A stretch of 64,000 nt of DNA from an uncultured bacterium (GTDB lineage Bacteria; Krumholzibacteriota; Krumholzibacteriia; LZORAL124-64-63), in the NCBI GenBank assembly GCA_963732385.1, contig CAVSZB010000007.1:1056001-1120000 (forward strand). Direction: 5' to 3'. A program made the position numbers and the translations under genes. The notes under the pieces were generated by a model. The model saw only the letters and a program-made list of their open reading frames with translations, had not been told where the DNA came from and did not search any database. Each line of letters begins with the position of its first letter. The stretch's first letter is position 1. Positions 58,019 to 64,000 of this stretch are shown piece by piece.

Positions 58019-60289
58019 TTGGCATCGACCCCGGGACAGCATCCGGAAACCGAGGTCCGTCTCGCCCGCGAGATGTCCTTCTTCTCGGTGACCATGATCG
58101 GCGTGGGCGCGATGATCGGGGCCGGGATCTTCGTGCTCACCGGCATCGCCGCGGGGGTGGCGGGACCGGGCCTCATCCTGGCCTTCGCGCTGAACGGGCT
58201 GGTCACGCTGATCACGGCGATGGCCTACGCCGAACTCGGCTCCTCTTTCCACGACGCCGGCGGCGGCTATCTCTGGATCAAGGAGGGCCTCCCCCAGCCG
58301 AACGGCTTCATCTCGGGCTGGATGTCGTGGTTCGCCCACGCCGTCGCCTGCAGCCTCTACGCACTCGGATTCGGCGCCTACTTCGGCCATGTGCTGGCCG
58401 AGGGCTTCGGAGTGCACATCGAAGGGCTGCCGCTCCCGCTGGAAAAGATCCTCGCGGTGGTGGCCTGCCTGCTCTTCGCCTACGTCAATTTCCGGGGCGC
58501 CTCCGAGACCGGGAAGCTGGGCAACATCGTCACGGTCGCGAAGATCTTCGTCATCAGTCTCTTCATCGCCTTCGGCCTCGGCGTGCTCGCCCACAAGACC
58601 GGCTGGCAGGGCGAGTTCCGACCGTTCCTGCCGACGGGGATGTCGGGCATCTTCATGGCGATGGGCCTCACGTTCATCGCCTTCCAGGGCTACGAGGTCA
58701 TTGCACAGTGCAGCGAGGAGGTCGTGCAGCCGAAGCGGAACATCCCCCGCGCGATCTTCCTGGCCCTGGTGATCGTGATCCCGATCTACCTGCTGGTCAG
58801 CCTGACCGCCCTCGGGGCGATCAGCGGCCACGGCATGCCGACCTGGAAATACCTCGGGCAGCAGAAGGAGATCGCGATGGTGGAGGCGGCCCGGCAGTTC
58901 CTGCCAGGCGGCGCCGTCCTCTTCCTTGCCGGGGGACTGCTCTCCACCCTGAGTGCGCTCAACGCGACGATCTACTCCTCGTCCCGCGTCGCCTTCGCGA
59001 TGGCGCGCGACGCCAACCTGCCCGACTTCCTCGCGAAGATCCACGCCGCCAGGCACACCCCCCACCTGGCCATTCTCGCCTCCGCGCTGATCGTGATCGT
59101 GATGGCGGTCACCCTGCCGATCGAGGATGTGGCGAGCGCCGCCGACGTGATGTTCCTCCTGGTCTTCATGCAGGTGAACGTCGCCGTGATCCGCCTGCGC
59201 AAGAAACGCCCCGACCTGGACCGCGGGTTCCGCGTTCCCCTGTTCCCGTTCCTGCCGATCCTCGGGATCGCCACGCAGCTGTTCATCGCCTACTACCTCT
59301 GCCGCTACAGTCCCCGGGCGCTGGTCACCGCGGCGATCTGGATCGGCATCGGCATGGCGATCCACTACCTGTACGCGTCGAAGAAGGAAGCCCGCGTCGT
59401 CGAGTACAAGCACGCGGTCAGCCGCCTCGAGCGGAAGGAGTACCGGATCCTGGTTGCGCTCGGCGCCGAGGAGAACGTGAAGCCGCTGATCCGGGTGGCG
59501 ATCGCCATGGCGCGCCACTTCGACGCCGAGATCGTCGCCCTCGCCGCGGTGGAAGTGCCGTTCCAGACCCCCCTGGGGTACGCGACGAAGCTGCCGCAGG
59601 TGGCCGAGAGGCGGCCGCTCCTGCGGCTGGCGGAGCACCTCGCCACGGAGGCGGGGATTCCCTGTACGCGGGTGATCAAGGTCACGCACCGGCTTTCCAT
59701 CGGCATCCTGGAGACGGCCCGGGAGGAGGAGTGCAATTTCATCATCCTCGGCCGGTCGCCGCGGCCGCGGTTCGCCTCGCGGGTCGTCCGGTCGAGCATG
59801 GACCAGGTCCTGGAGGATTCGCCCTGTCACGTGGCCATCGTCAAGCCGGACCAGGTCGCGAAGGTGAGCCGCGTGACGGCGGTCGTCGAGGACGACGCGA
59901 ACTCCCGGCTCGCGCTACAGATCCTGCCGGCGCTCGCCACGGGGTGGGACGCGGCCCCGCGGGTCCTCCTCTTCGGGCAGGAGCAGGATCAGACGCACAG
60001 CCAGGGCCGCGAAGTCCTCGAATCGCTGGTCGGGGCGGAGGCGCTGCCCGCGGATCTGGAGATCCAGTCGCTCGCCGGACCGCCGCAGACACAGATGATC
60101 CTGGAGCGCTCGGGGGACGAGGGGGTCATCATCATGGGCGAGGGGACGACCTCCACGCTCACGCGAATCCTCGCCCTGGGGATCCCTGACGCGGTCGCCG
60201 AAAAGAGCGCGCGCATGGTGATCCTGACCCGGGCCCATCGTCCGCATCGCAAGCGGTCGCTCCTGATCCGCCTGCTTACCGGGTCGTGA
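58019..60289 (+). CDS. APC family amino acid permease with C-terminal universal-stress (USP)-like domains
   Basis: GAMIGAGIF, YAELGS...GGGY, FIAFQGYE, SRVAFAMARD; tail RILVAL...ILETAREE...IILG...VLEDSPCHVAIVK. TTG start after GGGAG. Confidence 0.92.
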   Translation: MASTPGQHPETEVRLAREMSFFSVTMIGVGAMIGAGIFVLTGIAAGVAGPGLILAFALNGLVTLITAMAYAELGSSFHDAGGGYLWIKEGLPQPNGFISGWMSWFAHAVACSLYALGFGAYFGHVLAEGFGVHIEGLPLPLEKILAVVACLLFAYVNFRGASETGKLGNIVTVAKIFVISLFIAFGLGVLAHKTGWQGEFRPFLPTGMSGIFMAMGLTFIAFQGYEVIAQCSEEVVQPKRNIPRAIFLALVIVIPIYLLVSLTALGAISGHGMPTWKYLGQQKEIAMVEAARQFLPGGAVLFLAGGLLSTLSALNATIYSSSRVAFAMARDANLPDFLAKIHAARHTPHLAILASALIVIVMAVTLPIEDVASAADVMFLLVFMQVNVAVIRLRKKRPDLDRGFRVPLFPFLPILGIATQLFIAYYLCRYSPRALVTAAIWIGIGMAIHYLYASKKEARVVEYKHAVSRLERKEYRILVALGAEENVKPLIRVAIAMARHFDAEIVALAAVEVPFQTPLGYATKLPQVAERRPLLRLAEHLATEAGIPCTRVIKVTHRLSIGILETAREEECNFIILGRSPRPRFASRVVRSSMDQVLEDSPCHVAIVKPDQVAKVSRVTAVVEDDANSRLALQILPALATGWDAAPRVLLFGQEQDQTHSQGREVLESLVGAEALPADLEIQSLAGPPQTQMILERSGDEGVIIMGEGTTSTLTRILALGIPDAVAEKSARMVILTRAHRPHRKRSLLIRLLTGS

Positions 60290-60329
60290 CATCCGGACGG
60301 CCGGTCGCCTTCTCCCGTGGGAGGAATCC

Positions 60330-61052
60330 ATGGCTGAGAATTTCCGTGAAGTGTTCGACAAGGCGTGGACCGCCGTCGCGGCCCAGATGGCGAACCTGAT
60401 CCCGAAGCTCCTCGTCGGCATCGCGATCCTGCTGCTGGGCCTGCTGATCGCCCGCCTTATCCGCACCTTCGTCTTCCGGATCTTCCTGGCGATCCGGCTC
60501 GACCGCATGTCGGACCGCCTGGGCATCAGCGCCTTCCTCGCCCGGGGGGACACGCGCTACACGGTCGCCGAAACGCTGGCCACGCTCGTCTACTGGGTCG
60601 TCTTCGTTTTCGCCCTGGGCATCATGAGCCAGGCGCTCGGGCTGGACGGGGTCTCCGCCTTCATGGGTCGCGTGGTCGGCTACCTCCCGCGCCTGGCGGT
60701 CGCCCTGGCGATCATTGTCGTGGGCCTCGTGGTCGGCTCGTTCATCGGCGGCGCGGTTCAGGTCACCGCGGCCAATGCTTCCTTCCCCGCTGCCCGCCAG
60801 CTCGGGCGCGCGGTGAAGTACATGACCGCCTTCTTCGCCCTCGTCATGGCGCTCGAACAATTGCAAATCGGGACCCGCTTTCTCGCCACGACACTGGACA
60901 TCGCCATCGGCGCGGTGGCGCTGGCCTTCGCGCTGGCGTTCGGGCTCGGCTGCCAGGATCTGGCGCGCGACGCGGTGCGCAACTGGCTGAGCAAGGGACG
61001 TTCCGAGCAGGAAGCGGCGGACAAGGACGCGAAGGCGCCGACCGGGCGGTAG
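60330..61052 (+). CDS. Conserved TM-helix repeat protein (CmpX/MscS-associated)
   Basis: GGAGG RBS; 'IPKLLVGIAILLLG' and 'YLPRLAVALAIIVVG' repeats; ALAFALAFGLG. Confidence 0.85.
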   Translation: MAENFREVFDKAWTAVAAQMANLIPKLLVGIAILLLGLLIARLIRTFVFRIFLAIRLDRMSDRLGISAFLARGDTRYTVAETLATLVYWVVFVFALGIMSQALGLDGVSAFMGRVVGYLPRLAVALAIIVVGLVVGSFIGGAVQVTAANASFPAARQLGRAVKYMTAFFALVMALEQLQIGTRFLATTLDIAIGAVALAFALAFGLGCQDLARDAVRNWLSKGRSEQEAADKDAKAPTGR

Positions 61053-61128
61053 GCGCGCGTTTGGCCCTGCAACCCCGCACGGCCCCTCCGTCCGCCGGAG
61101 CGGACGCAGCGGGGAGAAAAGAGACCTG

Positions 61129-62718
61129 ATGCTGCTCCCCACCGCCATGATCGCACTGCTCGCGGCGCAGATCGTGGCTCCCTCAGCGTCGGTTCTCGAG
61201 CTTCAGAATCGCACCATCATCGCCTTCCGCGCGCCCCTCGGCGCCTCCGCTCCCGAAGAGCGGGTCGCCTCGGCGACCCTGCGCATCCGCGAAGCGATGG
61301 CGACGGGCGCGGTCGAGGTCGGCACGCGTCCGCTCGGTGACGGCGTGCTCGTCACCGTGGGCGGCAGGCCGGCCTTCATGGTATCCCCCGCCGAAGCCGA
61401 CACCGCCGCCGGGATCACGGTGAGCCTGCAGGCGGACGAGTCGGCCAGGCAGCTCCGTCAGGCCATCCGGGAGCTGAGGGAGTCGCGCAGTTTCACCGCT
61501 CTGGGGATCGGCATCCTCCTCGCGCTGGCGGCGACCGCCCTGACCAGCTTCGCCATGGCGGCGCTGGTCCGCGCACGCCGGCGTCTTTTGGCCTGGAACG
61601 CGCGGCGGACGACCGGGACCGCGACCAGGCTCTCGATCAGGGGCCTCACCCTCGTGCGTGCCGACCAGATCGTGCGCACCGGCCGCTTCCTGATCACGAT
61701 CGTGGCCTGGATCCTCGGCCTCGCGGCCTCTTACGCCTACGCGACCTTCGTTCTCACCAGATTCCCCTGGACCCGGCCGCTGGGCGAGGCGCTCGGCGGC
61801 TACCTCGCGACGACGATCAGGCGCCTCGGGGCCGGGGCGCTCCATGCGATCCCGAGCCTGATCACGGTCTGCCTGATCTTCGTGGTCGCCCGGCTGATCT
61901 CGCGGCTCGTGCAGGCCGTTTTCGCGGCGGCCGCGGAGCAGCGGATCGTGCTCCCGGGAGTGCACCCGGACACCGCCTCGCCGACCCGGCGCATCGTGAC
62001 CGCGTTCGTCTGGCTGTTCGCCCTGATCGTTGCCTATCCGTATCTCCCAGGCAGCAACTCCGCCGCGTTCAGGGGGGTGTCGGTCTTTGCCGGCCTCCTG
62101 ATCACGCTGGGATCGACGGGACTCGTCGGCCAGGGGATGAGCGGGCTGGTGCTGATGTACTCCCGGAGCTTCCACGTTGGGGACTTCGTGAAGATCGGCC
62201 AGCACGCCGGCACGATCGTCAACTTCGGCACGCTCTCCACCAAGATCCGCACCACGAAGAACGAGTTCGTCACCCTCCCCAACTCGATCATCCTCGGCGG
62301 GAGCATCACGAACTACTCCTTCGCGGGCGAGGGCCACCATCCGCTCATCCTCTATTCGTCCGTGACGATCGGGTACGATGTGCCGTGGCGGACGGTGCAC
62401 GATCTGCTGATCGCGGCGGCGGCCCGCACGGAGCAGGCGGCGACCGACCCGTCCCCCTGGGTCCTCCAGACGGCGCTCGATGACTGGTACGTGGCATACC
62501 AGGTCAATCTCGCCATCGACCCCGGGGCGGCCGAGCGGATGCCGGCCATCTACAGCGCCCTGCACGCCAACATCCAGGACGCCTTCAACGAGGCCGGGAT
62601 CGAGATCATGTCGCCGAGCTACCACGCCCTGCGGGACGGAAACACGGTCGCGATCCCGGAAGGGCAGCGTCCGCAGGGACGCACCGGCGCGTTCCGCGTG
62701 GACGGCCATCCCGGCTGA
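61129..62718 (+). CDS. mscS: MscS family mechanosensitive channel with periplasmic N-terminal domain
   Basis: FHVGDFVKI, STKIRT, LPNS, VTIGYD, IQDAFNEAGIEIMSP. Confidence 0.92.
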   Translation: MLLPTAMIALLAAQIVAPSASVLELQNRTIIAFRAPLGASAPEERVASATLRIREAMATGAVEVGTRPLGDGVLVTVGGRPAFMVSPAEADTAAGITVSLQADESARQLRQAIRELRESRSFTALGIGILLALAATALTSFAMAALVRARRRLLAWNARRTTGTATRLSIRGLTLVRADQIVRTGRFLITIVAWILGLAASYAYATFVLTRFPWTRPLGEALGGYLATTIRRLGAGALHAIPSLITVCLIFVVARLISRLVQAVFAAAAEQRIVLPGVHPDTASPTRRIVTAFVWLFALIVAYPYLPGSNSAAFRGVSVFAGLLITLGSTGLVGQGMSGLVLMYSRSFHVGDFVKIGQHAGTIVNFGTLSTKIRTTKNEFVTLPNSIILGGSITNYSFAGEGHHPLILYSSVTIGYDVPWRTVHDLLIAAAARTEQAATDPSPWVLQTALDDWYVAYQVNLAIDPGAAERMPAIYSALHANIQDAFNEAGIEIMSPSYHALRDGNTVAIPEGQRPQGRTGAFRVDGHPG

Positions 62719-62754
62719 GCCGGCAGGGCCGCGCCGCTGACGGCCCGCCTCCGG

Positions 62755-63999
62755 CTAGACCTCCTGCTCGAGGAAGTAGTTGAAGTCCTCCGCCTCCTCC
62801 GCGTGGAGCAGTTCGTAGGCGTGAGCGGCGGTCTTGGCGGTATAGAGTTGCTGCTGGATCTCCCGGTTGCCTCCAATGGCCCGGGCGAAGGCGGCCAGGA
62901 TCTCCAGATGGAGCGCGCGGTCGCCGGGCGGCGTCGCCAGAACGACGATGCAGTGGATCGGCTTCCCGTCGGGCGTGGGGAACGGCAGCCCCTTGCGGCT
63001 GATTCCCATCGCCCCGGCGACCGCCTCCCCCTCCTCGAGGAGGCCGTGCGGCATCGCCAGCCCCTCCCCCATGCAGGTGCACACCTCCCGCTCCCGCTCG
63101 ATGAACGACCGGAGGAGCCGCTGACGGTCGCCCTTGAGCCCGTTCGATACGATCAACAGATCGGTCAGCCGGGCGATCGCCTCCTCCATGGTCGCGGCCG
63201 AAAGGTCGGTCACGATGTTGTCCTCGCGGAGGAAGTCGATCAGACGCGGGCGGTCCCGGCCCATCTCCCCGCTGCGCGTCAGCGCGTGCCGCGTGAGGAT
63301 CGGCCCGACGATCTCGTTCATGGTCACGACAGTGATCCCCACGGCCAGGAACAGCCCGCGCACCGTGACGAAGGCCGGGTCGTCCTGCAGGACGATGATC
63401 AGTCCGATGGCCAGCCCCGCCTGCGGCACGAGCGCCAGACCGAGATGGCGCCGCACGCTCCGGGTCGCGCCGGCCAGCTGCATGGCAAGCCGCGCCGCGG
63501 TGATCTTGCCCAGCATACGGGCCAGGAAGACGAGGAGCGCCAGCAGCGCCGCCGAGGCGGCGAAGCCGAGATCCAGCTCCATGCCGGCGAGGGTGAAGAA
63601 CACGGTCAGGATCGCGTTCTCGAAGTTGGCGAAGACCCGGTGACCGATCTCCTCACGGTCGGGCGTGATGTTGGCCAGCGCCACGCCGAGGAACAGGCAG
63701 CAGAGGAGCGCCGGCAGCCCGAGCAGGTCGGCCAGCCCGGCGGTGATGAAGATGGCAAGGATGGAGGCGCTGGTCAGGTGGTCGGGCCGGACGATCCGCC
63801 AGGTCGCGGCGACGAGCAGCGCGCCCGCCCCGCCGCCGATCGCGGCGGAGAGGGCGACCTGGCGCAGCGGCCCCAGGAGGATGGCCAGGCCGGCGACCCC
63901 CGCCCCCGGATGGAGCAGCGCCCGCCCCGCCCCGCGCGCCAGTTCGAAGGCGACGATGCAGGCGATGTTGTTCAGGGCCACGGCGGCGATCAGGGTCTT
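62755..63999 (-). CDS. Cation:proton antiporter fused to a C-terminal PTS EIIA domain (5' end runs off the window)
   Basis: Frame is open to the window edge (KTLIAAVALNNIA...); FFTLAG, RMLGK, LVPQAGLAIG, EIVGP; EIIA 'IERERE.CT..GEGLAMPHG'. Confidence 0.9.
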   Translation of the reverse strand, partial: KTLIAAVALNNIACIVAFELARGAGRALLHPGAGVAGLAILLGPLRQVALSAAIGGGAGALLVAATWRIVRPDHLTSASILAIFITAGLADLLGLPALLCCLFLGVALANITPDREEIGHRVFANFENAILTVFFTLAGMELDLGFAASAALLALLVFLARMLGKITAARLAMQLAGATRSVRRHLGLALVPQAGLAIGLIIVLQDDPAFVTVRGLFLAVGITVVTMNEIVGPILTRHALTRSGEMGRDRPRLIDFLREDNIVTDLSAATMEEAIARLTDLLIVSNGLKGDRQRLLRSFIEREREVCTCMGEGLAMPHGLLEEGEAVAGAMGISRKGLPFPTPDGKPIHCIVVLATPPGDRALHLEILAAFARAIGGNREIQQQLYTAKTAAHAYELLHAEEAEDFNYFLEQEV

Positions 64000-64000
64000 C

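Overview
GC-rich bacterial chromosome segment from a diderm. An FCB-superphylum lineage such as Krumholzibacteria/Latescibacteria is inferred from two secreted proteins with PNPFNP/FlgD-Ig-type C-terminal domains; this is not proven. Positions ~1-27.4 kb are almost entirely a minus-strand run: moxR, DUF58, BatA/VWA, nifU, nifS, pspC, mfd, two PPIases, ftsE, ftsX, envC, holB, ricT/yaaT, tatD, rsmA, an unknown outer-membrane barrel, two related lipoproteins, a divergent polysaccharide deacetylase and secD. The middle holds a PP2C phosphatase, a GT-C-like glycosyltransferase, a probable PPi-dependent PFK, adenosine deaminase, nadE, rrf2-pta-ackA, an amidohydrolase and several unknown proteins. 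A minus-strand run follows: proS, pdxS, pdxT, two paralogous unknown exported proteins, HAD phosphatase, PLP decarboxylase, DsbD-N protein and a response regulator. The last 10 kb carries an ion/osmotic-homeostasis cluster (ClC-CBS, APC-USP, TM-helix protein, MscS, antiporter-PTS EIIA fusion), preceded by a ~45-bp hairpin element that occurs twice, 1360 bp apart. I saw no rRNA, tRNA, CRISPR array, transposase or integrase. The best novelty candidates are the barrel plus lipoprotein pair, the paralog pair in the vitamin B6 run, the repeated hairpin and structured ClC leader, the ion cluster with non-canonical transport residues, and a terminator-like secD leader. Start codons were re-picked by eye from RBS motifs and stop/start overlaps; all product calls rest on motif recognition, not database searches.
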